Part shown: positions 35,531 through 48,129 of the stretch, piece by piece
How positions within the stretch are numbered: position 1 is the first letter of the stretch
Layout: each line of letters begins with the position of its first letter
Assembly: GCA_002269645.1 (NCBI GenBank)
Contig: NIVC01000001.1
Span: 682,001-746,000 of the forward strand
Reading direction: 5' to 3'
Origin: Macrostomum lignano
Lineage: Eukaryota
DNA: 64,000 bases
Notes under the pieces: model-generated
What the model saw: the letters and a program-made list of their open reading frames with translations, nothing else
What the model was told of the DNA's origin: nothing
The model's database searches: none
Program-made: the position numbers and the translations under genes

Positions 35531-38500
35531 CTGGAGTAGTGCAAGAATCAGAAGTGTCAAATATGTTTTAATAATATTATTTCAAATTTCATAATGCATA
35601 AACCATATTATCAACTTCGTGAAAAGAGCTTAGTAGTTAGTAGTCTAGTTTTTTTAATATATTCTATTTATAAATCAAAAAATGAAATTAAGTCTACATT
35701 TATAATTGCTTTTATTTATAGTAAATTATCCACAATTAATTCATTTAATACCAATTAGCACTACTGACAAATGATTGATCAGTAGTGAGATGGGCATATT
35801 ATGGACTAAAATATTTGTATTCAGTATTATTTGGCAATTGAATTAGTTCTGTCAGATATTTGAATTGAATTGAATTAATTCAAAAATTTCATTTTATCCT
35901 ATCTCTATTGCAGCCAATGGCCATTATTGCAGACAGCATCCAGCATAGATTGGCTCCTGGCAGTGCCAGCATGGTCTAGTGCACTGGCGCAATCAGACAT
36001 GGGAAAGGGGGGTATCTAGTCTGCTGCAATAGGATCTCTAAGGAAAGTTCTACTAAAAATCAATTGCATACAACACAAAGTAGGAAAGTTGTGAAATAAA
36101 GCCAGACATTTCAATGCTATAGACAGTTTGGTTCTAGAGCAAGTAATAAGCTTTGTAGAAAAGTGTTTCTCCTATTAATGCTAAACATTCATAGTTTATG
36201 GGCATATTTGATTACTAATATTGATATTGACTTTGAAAATATATCTGGTATCAAAGTGTCTAGTACCTCAGTATCCAGTATTTGATATGAAGGAATGAAT
36301 ATATATGAAGCCAATATTGCCCTAGGAAGACAAAAGAAACTGTGAAGATTTTATGGTAGAAAAGAGGAAACTAAAATCAAAGGGAATAAATTTTGCTCTG
36401 GTTCAGATATACATGCTGGAGGCACACTACATTAAAACATAAAGCCCATGAAGATTTAAGGCTACCCACTAAGCAACTTTGATTCATAGTAATTCTATTA
36501 AATTTTGGTGTACACTCTAGTAAAATAAATACACTCCAGCTGTAACTTAGGAACTATCATTACCAAAGATAGGTCTACAATAGGGGTTAATAAAATCTAG
36601 CCCTTCAAAGCCTCTCTATCTAGCTTTTGGGTCCTTTCAAACAATTTGACCTGCTCAAGGTTTGTGTTTCTTCTTAGTCCTTAGCTCTTTCTCTTCTTTC
36701 CTTTTATCCCTCTTTCCTCTCTTTTTTCTTGCAATCCTCTCTATTCTCCACTTTTCCCTTTTTTCTTCTATTTTCTCTATCCTATCTCTTGTCTTTCTTC
36801 TTTGCTATTCTCTATTCTATTTCTCTCTTCTATTTCATTTCTTTTTCACTTTCTTATCTTTGTGATATATTTACACTTATAGATTGTGCTGAACAATTTT
36901 GGTAGCCATAAAAAGGTGCCTTCTACAATATTATCTTAAATGAATGCATGGAGAAAGATCGAACAAACTTGTTATAACTAAGACAGAGCAGTTCACAGTC
37001 ATAAGTGCTCCATGAAACAAGAAGTTATGAGTTTTGTCAATGTTCTATTTGGATGCATCAACCACAGAGATAACATCAACTCCATAGAAAGACCCTTGCA
37101 ACCCTTGTGAGTTTTGTTACCTTATTTTGTAAGTTCTTTTTGCAATAAAATTGTATTTGTTGCAAATAAAGTTTTTGGAATATTTTTGCACCACTTGTAC
37201 TACTCACTTCTGCACTGGTTGCAAGGAAGACTCATGAACTTTTTTTGCATATCCATATTAGAGTGGAATATAAGTTTATAACTTTGGATTTTCTTTAATT
37301 CATTTGAGTATTATTTCTGCTAGTGTTTTATTATTAGTTATTAATATATCCAAATGCTACCTCTCTTATTAAACAAGAAAACATGTATTAACCTGAGGCA
37401 ACACCTACCAGGCTGCAGATAGTATGTTGCCAGTCAATAGGAAGCAATGATATGGCTACTTTGCAAGCTTTTTTAATTGACCACTATGGTAGTAAGATAC
37501 ATTAATATTGTTTTAATAGATAAAATCAGTACCTAGTCAGTGCGAATAGCTCCAAATAAACAAATAGAGCCTTGTCATCACCAGCTACTCAGACTTGCAG
37601 GTGTCCTATTTGTTAACTTTAGAGCAAACTTCTAAAATGCTGCATCCATTCTTTAAAGTTGTTTGCAATGAAAACTCCATGGAAAACATTGAGAAATAAG
37701 TACTATGCTACTTGTAAGTCACAGCCACAGTTGTGAGTGACTTCTCTAAGTCTGTACATGTACACTATACATTGTGGCCACTGTACATTGACAGTGATAT
37801 ATATGCAGAAACACTACAGGCTATCTGGTGTCAGCACAATAGCTGTCTCTTGGTACATTGCAATCACAATATAGAACAGTAGCTCTAGCAAGTTGTAGCC
37901 TCTCTATTATACCCATTACACAAGGAATGATAGGACCACCTTTTATAAGAGTTAAGAAGTCAGACATTATAATTGGATCCAATATCATTTAGTCTTCTAG
38001 TCTAGTTGTGCTAACTACTTGTGTTGGTCCTTTATATATAACTGTTTAAAAAAAATAAAATGTTTAAATGTAACACATGCAGAAAATTACAAAATAGTTT
38101 TTTGATTTGAACTGTCTGTCTACTTACAAAGTTTTGTTAACTGTCTTATTTTCTTTATCATAGTGTATCTATTTTTAGTGGAAGTCCATGTTTACTTCTT
38201 TCTGTGTTTTTGTGCTAGCAATGCTATGCGGCAAATAGCTTTTTAAAGCATGGATTTTTCCTCTTAGTGAGGCAGATCTAATGACATTTGTTTTCATTTA
38301 CCTACTTGACCTATTACTCTAATGTGTGAAAGGAAAATGTCAACTGTAGAAAGAGATGCATGCTGTTGTCAAATCTTAAGTCTTTTTAACCATTTAAGTG
38401 ATGGTAATTATTATGGAATTAAGCTGCCTTTTACTATATTTTTAATTTTGTATTGTATTGGAGACTTGGTATTAGCCAGGGCAGTGCTCATAAAATCAAG

Positions 38501-38934
38501 CATAAATAGCTTGGCCAGTCCAAGGCCTATGCCCATTGGGTGCCACACCTTTAGACAGATGAGCAATGTACAAAAAGGGTATAAATCTATTGAATCTGGC
38601 TCTAGTCCTTTGAGTCAAAGGGGTCAAGAAGGTTTTTTGATGTTATTATTAGTAATAAATGCTAGATATCCTACTTTACAATAAAGGATAAGCAATCAAA
38701 CATGGTCTGGTTAACTAAGGATAATCCCCACTCAAAAATAAGTGGTTTCAAAAATAAGGTTTCAAAGCCACAAGCAAATGTTAACTATTTTTTTGAAATT
38801 CACAATGAATTATATTGGTAGATATTCTACTACAACATTTGACAATAACCACAAAATACTATTGACACAGTTTTGGCTTTAGTGCTTTAGGAGAAATATA
38901 GTTAAATAACAACCTCTAGACCTCTAGACCTCAT

Positions 38935-39309
38935 ATTGCCAAGATAACTACAGCATTTCTTGTAGAGCACGGAGTTCAACTATTGCCCTATTCACCATAC
39001 TTTCCTAACCTTGCTCCTTGTGGCTTCTGGCTATTCCTTAAGTTGAAGTCTGCAATCTTAGGATGGCTTTATTTTCATGTATTCAAGACTTGGCTAGAGC
39101 ATTTAAGTCAAAGTTGTAAGCAATATTTCAAGATGAGTATTGGGACTGCTTCCAAAAGTATTGCAAGCTGCAGGCATATGGGATGATACATAGAAGTCAA
39201 AGTAGAGTACTTTTAAGGAGATGAAATATTAACTTTATGCTTTTAAAGTTTTTATCTTATAAGCCCCTAATATGGGCCAACTTATGGAACTTTTTGAACA
39301 CCCCTTGTA
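38935..39309 (+). mobile_element. Decayed mariner (Tc1/mariner) transposon 3' fragment: transposase C-terminus and right TIR
   Basis: LLPYSPYFPNLAPCGFWLFLKLK is a decayed form of the mariner HPPYSPDLAPCDF-LFPKLK motif. Frameshifted remainder ends IEVKVEYF. Terminal GGAACTTTTTGAACACCCCTTG followed by TA (39286-39309). Confidence 0.8.
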
Positions 39310-39453
39310 TATATTTATGGCTATATAATAGCTTGTATATATCTATATAGTTAAACATATTACTTGGATACATATAGGATTTCATATATAGGCTACATGT
39401 ATATTTTTGGTAAAGAAAGCAATAAGCTAAATCCAAATTATAGACCCAAGTAA

Positions 39454-39500
39454 TCTATATACTAAAAATGGTTTGTCTATCTATTTATCTATCTAGGCCT
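39454..39500 (+). mobile_element. Possible Helitron 5' terminus
   Basis: A|TCTATATACTAAAAATG followed by a TCTA-type microsatellite; nearly identical to the 5' end at 47531; matching 3' end not identified. Confidence 0.45.
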
Positions 39501-40389
39501 ATCTATCTAGTAGGCCTAAAGCTGAAGTTATATTGGAGCAATGTTTTAGTTAAAATAAAAACAAATAAAACAAATAAGAAACTATAAATCTTTAAAGCAT
39601 TATACTTTTGAATTTAAAGTATATTTTCCTAAGAAATCAGTTAAGAATTAAATAGTAGGATTAAAGAAAAAGCCCTGCAGTAGCATATTGATATATTGTC
39701 TATCATTTAACCTTGAAAAAACATTGGTACCAGCCAAGTCACCAATTTAGGCCAATTTAATTATTATCATAAATATCTATGAGTTATAAAACATGCATAA
39801 AAAGCTGGCATAGCTAGCCTAGTAGCTATTGTCCCAATTCTAGTACGAAGCATATTTATAGCCATAGGCTCTGTAGGCGTAGGCCTACAAAGTTAATCAA
39901 TAAGCCTTTAGCCTAGTTACAATTTTAACAATCAATCAGGCTTGAAGTTAGAAATAGGCATTGCAAAAGTCAATTATGTTAAGTATAAATATTATATTGG
40001 TATTAGGGCCTAACTTTAGGGCTTCAAGGTAAAAACCTTACAGAGAAAGAGCAAGATCCCACATAGATAATTACTTAGACACTGGGTATACTTTCAAACT
40101 GGTCATCAACCACCAACAATCAAACTGGTGCTATTATAAAAAATGTAACTACCTTAATATATCTAATATTAAATCTAATATAATATATCTAATATAATAT
40201 ACTAATCTAATATATCTACCTTAATTATATTATATATAATTGTAAACCTATATATTTATTCAAAAAATAACTTCTGCAATGCTAAAGCTAGATTTGTTTA
40301 ATAAATTTAAGAAGCATAACTATTCAAATGAATCAAAAAGTGCCTTGACCAAGGACCACTAGAAGGACCATTTCAATTGGTCCTCTAAT

Positions 40390-40842
40390 AATACAAAGAA
40401 AATATTATTATTAGAGTCCTTATTAGAGTCCTTACAATAACTTAGCCTAGTCTTTAACATAATTTTAGCTAGGCCATCTATTTTTTAAAATTAAACTTTA
40501 CAAAAAGCTTCAATAAAAATTGAATCATTCTTTTGTTTTAAAAAACAAGTTTATAAAGTTAGCTAGCTAGGCCTAATGCCCTAAGGTCAAGGACCTTTTC
40601 AAGACAATAAATTATATATCTTTTTAGGACATTGAAAAGTTTTTAACAATAACAAAATAAGAAAGACTACTTAAGTAGTATAAAAAGAAACTACATTTTT
40701 GGAAAAAAAATTAGAAGTAGATTATACCAACAAATATAGTAGGCTATCAAGATGAGCCTTCATTTTGAGACCCAGCACAAAATGGATTATTGCTTTTAAG
40801 AAAAAGGAAACCTAATAATATTTATTTTTTTATAGGCTTAGA
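40390..40842 (+). repeat. AT-rich dispersed repeat, copy A (continues at 42470-42517 and 51161-51215)
   Basis: Aligns by eye to the reverse complement of 52800-53231 plus 54363-54460. Confidence 0.8.
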
Positions 40843-42469
40843 CCATAGAGTATTGAGGTCACCTGGTATAGAGTGCCATTATGGTATAGAGGTGCTATTA
40901 TTGTATTAACAGCTGATGCTAAGTCAACTTTGGCCCTTTTCATATTGTGGCAGTGGGGTTGCCACCATCTAATAATATTTTAATAATTTTTCTATTTTTA
41001 ATTGCGTGCCATCTTTTTGTAAGTTTCCAACCCTTGCAGCCAACAGCAGACGGTGACCTCACCCTTTTCCCCCCAGTTGGCCCCGTGTTTGGACCACTGG
41101 TTGTTATAGTTTTTTCCTTAGTTAGTCAATATAAATTTTCACCGGTTGAGTTTTAATAATTTTGTGTGTATTTTTGCAGCTTTAGTTTTATAACCTGAGT
41201 GTGGACCCATGTGTGGCCCCGGTGTTGATAAGTCCTGGCCCCACACCTGAGAATTTAATAATTTCATTGTATAAATAAGTGTGTTTTCGGTTGAATTTCT
41301 TCATTCCTCCTGCCCCCCTCCTTCCCCTGTTTTTTTGTTCTCCATTTTAGTTTCCGTTGTTCTCGCTTGCGCTTGTGTTTTCGTGTGTTTCAGTTACAGT
41401 TTAATTCATCCTTAGTTTATTAGCGTACCGGCGCCCACAAACTCATTTTTGTCTGTAGCTTAATTTTCTTAACAATAATAACCTGTTTGAATTAGTAACT
41501 TTCTTTGCATTAATAATAAACAGACGGTCAATTAATCAGTTAATACTTATCCAGTTAATTTAAGCCATAGCCTATCTTGAATCCTTTGCCCGTGGGGCAT
41601 AAAATAACCAATCCGTTTCAACTCAAAGAAAGCTCTGAGACCATTAAACGTTCCGTAATATATAAATTATGGTGGTGGCAGCAACTACCCTACCAAAAGT
41701 AACGAGTTCAACACTTCGACGCATTAATTTACGGAGGCAGAAACTCCGGAGTACCTACAACTGAACGACCGTGCCGCTCTACGACCACACCGCTATGATT
41801 ACAACCACCTTCCCCCCGGACTTGAGAACCCGGCAGTCGGAGTAAAAGGAGAAGAATTTCGTTGTGATTCGTCTGTGCGATTTTCCGGTTATATTCGTGC
41901 GAACGCAACGCTACTGGTTTTGAAGAATTACTGGCCGACCTCCAATATCAAATTTTGTTTTATCTTCTCCACCCCCACCTCAATATTACCGATTCCAGAA
42001 CCAGAATCGGTTCGGAATTCCAAGAAAAACAGCAATATAACTATTTAACTCTGTTAATATTTGACTGCCTTAACAACCTCACTTAGCACAATTTTTCACT
42101 TTCTTCGTGGCAATTGTCATTCAATAATATAAACTTTATAGCACATATCTTCCCATAGTTATGGAGACAAAAAGTTATACTTTACAAACTGGTTCTGGTT
42201 CTGGAACAAGAACAAGCAATATGAAAAGGCCCTTTGCCCGCATTAAATCATTTTGACCCAAAATTTAAAACAAACAAACAAACAAGCTAAGTGTGATATG
42301 TCTTATAATTCTGAGCATTGGCTTTGTGGCTTTGTACACCATTCTAGCCACAACTTGTACCATAGACTAAAAAGCTTGGTGACCAGAGGGGGTGGGTGGA
42401 TTCTAAATATCGGCCTCAGATTTTCATCCTTATAGGCACTCTATACTAGGCAACCTCAATACTCTTTGG
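40843..42469. mobile_element. Non-autonomous DNA transposon, 1627 bp, 35-bp TIRs, 6-bp TSD
   Basis: TIRs 40843-40877 and 42435-42469 (31/35 identity). Flanks CTTAGA / CCTAGA. Empty site TATAGGCCTAGACTTG in the paralogous repeat near 52880-52900 (minus). Confidence 0.8.
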
Positions 42470-43346
42470 CCTAGACTTATATCTTGTTTTTATCATTTTT
42501 CAAAATCCATAAAAGTTCGTAATAGTGCTACTCGAATATCTTCTAATCTTCTATCTTCTAATCTAAATATACTAAATCTCTAATATTTGTATGCTTGCTT
42601 GCTTGCTTGTCCATAACGCTCTAGAGATTGCAATTCTTCACCGATTTTGATCACGTTTTCGCCAAAAGATTTGTAATCAGCCTGGGATTGTATGGTTAAA
42701 ATCTTTTTAATCTGCTTCAATGCTAAAGGGATTAAATATTCGAAAAACATGATTTTTTGCAAAGGTCAAGCAGCTCTTTTGACTTGAAATGCGCTATAAA
42801 AATGCTAGAGAAAAAACCGACTGACTGAATTCTGATTCTGATTGCATCACAACAAGTTGAAAACACTGTGCCAAGTTGAAAGACAGAAATTGCGTAACCA
42901 TATTGCTAACTTTAATTGAGACTGATGCTGACTGCCTGAGTATTTGATTATGTCATAGCTGCTTCGTATGGCTTTAACTCGAAGAGAATTTGTTAGTACT
43001 CTTGTAATGTTCTAGAGATTGAACCAATTGACCAATTTTGATGGCGTTTTTGCCAAAATATTTTTAATTATCTGGAAAGAAGACAGTTAAAATTTCTTTA
43101 ATCGGCTTTAATGCTAAAGGTATTAAATATTCGAAAACGAGTTTTCCCAATGCTTTTAATCGGAGGGCAAACTAGGTTGAATTCTTGACTGGCTGAATTC
43201 CAATTCCAATTATGACGCCATAACTTTTCTCTCTCCACTGTGTAAGCTTCAATACTGGTTGTAGTGCGCAAGGAGAAAAATGCTCAGTGGCTGCGTGTGT
43301 ACATTCTGACCCTGGCTCTGACTGGCGGACTCCATAGAAAATTGCT

Positions 43347-44525
43347 ATTTATAGATTTCACTCAATCAACTGTGCATTGGCTCCGCCTGCACGCCTACAC
43401 ACTGAGCAGCCTATCACTGCTATGTATTTAACTGCAGTTCTGAAGCATATATGGCTGATTTTGTTGTCTTCCCATCAATAGGCGGAGTAGCCGCACTGTA
43501 GGCACTTAGGACTAGGTTTAGGCTAGGCGTAAGGTCCAAGGTTCGAGTCTGCCTCCCCAGCGGCTAATTAAAATTAAAATAATTCAATAATTTATAGCTT
43601 GTGCCTCAACTAATTGGCACATTTATTTTATAAATTTCAATTGAAATTTTTTTATTAATTAGCAATTCATTTTTGCTACTCGGCATAAGTTCCTAATCAA
43701 ATTTGATTTGTAAAAACTGCTTCCAGTATAACTGATCCCATCAATGGGTATTGTCTAGCTCCATAAAAGTACGAAATTACTAAACTGCAGACAATGCTGC
43801 TAAATTGCTTAAAGGTATTGCTAAATGCTGAGCTTTTCGAGACTGCCGATATGTATCGAAAATTGATTGGTGAGCCGTACAATTCTGAGCAAATTGCAGT
43901 TTTCTGAGGGGACTAAGGTGCCGGCCAGAGAAGAACTGCAGACTGTGAATTAGTTCCTCCAGACTTAAATCTAATTTATAGATTTCACTTAACTGCGCAT
44001 TGGCTCTGCCTGCATACAACCCGTGCACTAAGCAGCCTATCACTGCTGTGTATTTCACTGCAGTGCCAAAGCATATATGGCTGATTTTGTCGCCCTCCGA
44101 TCAATAGGCGGAGTAGCCGCACTTTAGGCCCTAGGACCAGGTTTAGGATAGGCGTAAGGTCCCAGGTTTGAGTCTGCCTTGCAGCGGACTATTAAAATTG
44201 AACTAATTATTTATTTTAGCTTGTGCTTCGACTAATTGGAACTTTTATGCTTAATTAACAAGGCACACTTAATGAACTACATGTATTTTTGCTGTTTGGC
44301 ACAAGTCGATAAGCAAATTTGTTATTATATTGCCTAGCTCAATGAAAGTATGAAATTGCTAAACTGCAGACGATTTTTTTTAAAACTGCTGAAGGTATTG
44401 CTAAATGCTGAGTTTTGCAAGACTGCCGGTATGTATTGAAAATTTATTAGCGAGCCGTAAAATGCTGAGCAAATTGCAGTTTGCAGAGGAGACTGAAAAG
44501 CCGGCCGAGAGGAGAACTGCAGGCT
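43347..44525 (+). repeat. Diverged tandem duplication, ~600-630-bp period, inside Helitron 1
   Basis: ATTTATAGATTTCACT starts at 43347 and 43974, with colinear downstream blocks. Confidence 0.85.
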
Positions 44526-45239
44526 GCTGAGAGGATGAATGAAAATTGTTAATGGAACAGTTGTAGACTGCAAATGGAATGACTGCAGACTGCTGAGGGG
44601 AACTGCAGATTGTCAAAGAGATTTTGCAGATTGCAGAGGGGAAAAACTGCAAACTGCTGAGGTAGTTCCTCTAGACTTATGAGCGTATAGCTGCAGACTG
44701 CTGAGAGGGAAAACTGCCGACTAATAGGGGGATAATGGTAGGACTTCTGAGGGTAACAAAAAACTATTGAGTTTTGAGTGAATATTACCTGTAGAAGATT
44801 AAGTACAAGTTGTTGAGGGGATTACCGCAAGCTGCTAAGTGAAATATTTTTTGCTTCAGGGACAATCATATGCCGCTGAGGGTATACATGCTTAATTTTA
44901 ATAAAAGTTGTAGAATGCAAAGTGGATGATAAATGCCGGCTGCTAAGAAATAACTGCAGTCTTTTTGAGGGATTAGATAAAGGGATAATTTCAGGTTGTT
45001 GTGAGGATAAATGCCGATTTATGGGGGTTAGGTTCAAATATGGAGATAAGTGGTCACAGATTTTGTGGAAAGTGCTGGTGAATTATTGCTTAACTGCTGG
45101 TGAACCATTGCTAAAGTGATGGTGAACCACTGTAATTTTTTAATAAATTCTACTTTTAACAGAAGAAAACTCAACGCAAGTAAAAGCGAAAAAGAATCAC
45201 CATGTCAACCATAAAAGAAGCGGTCTGTCGAGCATAAAA

Positions 45240-47045
45240 GACTCAATCGTAATTGCTAAGATGTCAGGGCTGGTATGAAAAATTGCTTTGATGTCAAGAC
45301 TCATGGGAGAATTTCTAAGATCTCAAGGCTTAGGGGGGAATTGCTATAATGATGTAATTCTGGGGAGAATTGCTTTGACTTCAAGTTTCATTTGTGAAAT
45401 TGCTGAGTTATAAAGGCTCATTGGAAAATTGCTTTGCTGTCAAAGCTCATGGGGATAATTACTGGAATGCTTTGGCTGTTGGGGAATTACCGAGATTGTT
45501 AGGGTAAGGTAAGGGTTAAAATTTAAATGAAATTGGCTTGTCAAACATTAAAGACTTCATTGGGGAATGCCAAAGCTCATGGGGGATATCTGGATTATAC
45601 TGTGGCTCAAGGCTAGGGGGGAATTGCTGTGATTGCAAGACTTAGGGATATTGCCTAAATTTTGTGGCTCAATTAGGAGTTTCTGAGATATTTCTGAGAT
45701 ATCAAGGTTCATTATGGAATCACTGAAATGTCAACGCTCACGGGGGATCCCTGTAATGCTGTAGACTGTGGCTCTTTGGGTATTTCTGAGATACTAAAGG
45801 TTCACATGAGACTGGCTGAGATGTCAAAGGCTCATAAGGGAATAGCTGAAATTCACGAAATTTCAAAGGTTCATGGTGGGACTTGCTGAAACGCTGTGAC
45901 TTGGCAGGGTTAGGGTTAGTTTTCAACCATAAGACTCATGTGGAATTGCCAAGATAGGTTAGTCGCTAAATTTTACGGCTCATTAGGGAAAGTTTTAGAT
46001 TTCAAAAGCTTATAGTGGAATTGCTGAAATTCTTAGGCTGAGAGGGAGTTGCTAAAATGCTGTGACTCGACTGCAGGTTAAGGGTTATGGTTAGGGTTTG
46101 GGTTCAATTATAGAACAATCGTCTTGTCAGACATAAATGATTCCTGGTAGAATTGCTAAGATTAAAGGCTCTTGGGGTGAATTACGAGTACTTAAATGAT
46201 TTAGCTCTTCGGGGAATTGCTGACAGGTCAAAGCTTTCGGCGAAATATAGATTTCAAGGCTTATGAGGCTTATGAGGCTTATGATGAGATGTCAAGGCTT
46301 ACTGGAGGAATATCTGAGATGCCAAGGCCTATTGTGGGTATTGCTGAGATGCCAAGTCTTACTGGGAGAATCGCTGAGATGTTAACGTTTACTGAGGAAA
46401 TTTCTGAGATGTCAAGGCTTACTGGGGAAATTGCTGAGATGTTAAGGCTTACTGAGGAAATTTCTGAGATGCCAAGGCTTACTGGGGGAATTGCTGAGAT
46501 GTTGAGGCTTATTGAGGAAATCTTGAGATGCCAAGGCTTACTGAGCTTGCTGTCAATGCTTACTGAGGGAATTTCTAAGATGTTGCTTACTGGGGGAATG
46601 GTTGAGATGCCAAGGCTTACTGAAGGAATCGCTGAGATGTCAAGGCTTACTGGCCTGAAAGAATTGCGCAGCTGTCAAGGCTCGAGTTTAATTGCTGCGA
46701 TATTGATGCTTACTGAGGGAATTTCTGAGATGTCAAGGCCTACTATAGGAATTGTTGAGATATCAAGGCTCATGGGGGATGACAAAATTTTTTTGGGGAG
46801 GGGAGTTAGGTTGCTGGGATGTCAAGGCTTACTGGGCTAGGAGAATTGCGAAGATGTCAAGGCTGAAGTATAATTGCTGTGATGTCGAGGCTTATTGAGG
46901 AAATTGCTGAGATTTCAAGGTTTCCTGAGGGAATTGCTGTGATGTCAAAGTTTACTGGGCTGGGAGAATTGCGTAGATATTTAATTTCTGCAATGTCGAT
47001 GCTTACTAAGGGATTTTCTGAGATGTCAAGGCCTACTAGGGGAAT
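45240..47045. repeat. Old, degenerate ~30-bp minisatellite GAGATGTCAAGGCTTACTGGGGGAATTGCT
   Basis: Periodic ATGTCAAGGCT/AATTGCT motifs, best preserved at 46250-47040. Confidence 0.8.
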
Positions 47046-48129
47046 TGCGGCTTAGGTAGCTCATTTAATTTAGATATTGAAATAGTACACACAAGTGATG
47101 CTGATTTCTGCTAATAGGAAATAGGAAATACCAGCGTATTTATTAAAGGTTTGGTTCTCCGAGTTAGGCTAATAAAGAGGGGTCTAAGGCCGTCAGGAAT
47201 TTACGCATTGAGCTCCAGCTGCGGATCAGAATATGCCCAGGCCAATGACAATATGCACTAAGAGTTTGTGCTTGAAAGTATAGGTATTATTCACTGATTG
47301 AGAAAGGGTTTTAGGCTTATGTCGGAAACTTTTTTAGCTGGTGAAAGTTCTGATTCATGGCAATTTATCTTTGCCAAAAATCAGAAAAAGTAATTTTTGA
47401 TGAATGGAAATCAACATTTTGGATAATTAGCAAAGTTATATATATACTCTTGGGCCAAAAAAAAACCACTTTCATTTTAAATGCTGCGGTGTCATTTTTA
47501 AGGCCCCCCAGCGGGGGGCTAAATGGCTAGTCCTATATACTAAAAATGAGTTGTCTGTATATATGTATGTGGGTAGGTATGCGATAGATTTCAGAAAAAT
47601 TGGCTCAACCGATTTTCTTCAAACTTGCACCATTCGATCAGAAATTTTCCTGGGACAGTACATGCATCTTGGCTAAGAAATTGCTAAATTTTAAAGGAAT
47701 TAAATATTCAAAAAACCTGCTTTTTTGCAAAGGTCAAGCAGCTCTTTCGACCTAAAATTCATTGTAAGAATGCTAGAGAAAAAACTGACTGGCTCAATTC
47801 CGATTGTGATAAAGATTGCATCACAACAAGTTGAAAACGGTGCCGAAGAAATGCACACACGACTTGATTTAAATTGCGTAACCAATATTGCTAACTCAAA
47901 TTGAGACTGATACTGGCTGACTGAGAAATTGATTATGTCATAACTTTTTACTTCAATTGACTTGCAGTAAGAATTGAATTATAATGGCCACAATTCATGT
48001 TTTCCAATTGAAAAGAGATAGCCAAGATGCGAACAGACTGGAATGCTAATGTAGCGACCTGGGTTCGAATCTTAGTAGTGCAAAAAAGATTTTTTTTATT
48101 AAAACACCTTAAAAACACAAAACTGCTAA

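Larger units (their letters stand above)
42562..47530 (+). mobile_element. Non-autonomous Helitron-like element 1
   Basis: 5' A|TCTAAATATACTAAA, then (TGCT)n, then CACCGATTTTGATC. 3' hairpin GCCCCCC-AGC-GGGGGGC (47503-47519) followed by CTAG (47527-47530). Confidence 0.7.

Noticed and set aside
35531-35560. Signal-peptide-like MTLLILALLQ at the start of the PREP ORF
   Set aside because: It starts at TTG and is the translated polypyrimidine tract and acceptor; PREP is a cytosolic enzyme, and homology begins after the AG.
36660-36865. 67-aa hydrophobic ORF
   Set aside because: Translation of a CT-rich low-complexity tract starting at TTG.
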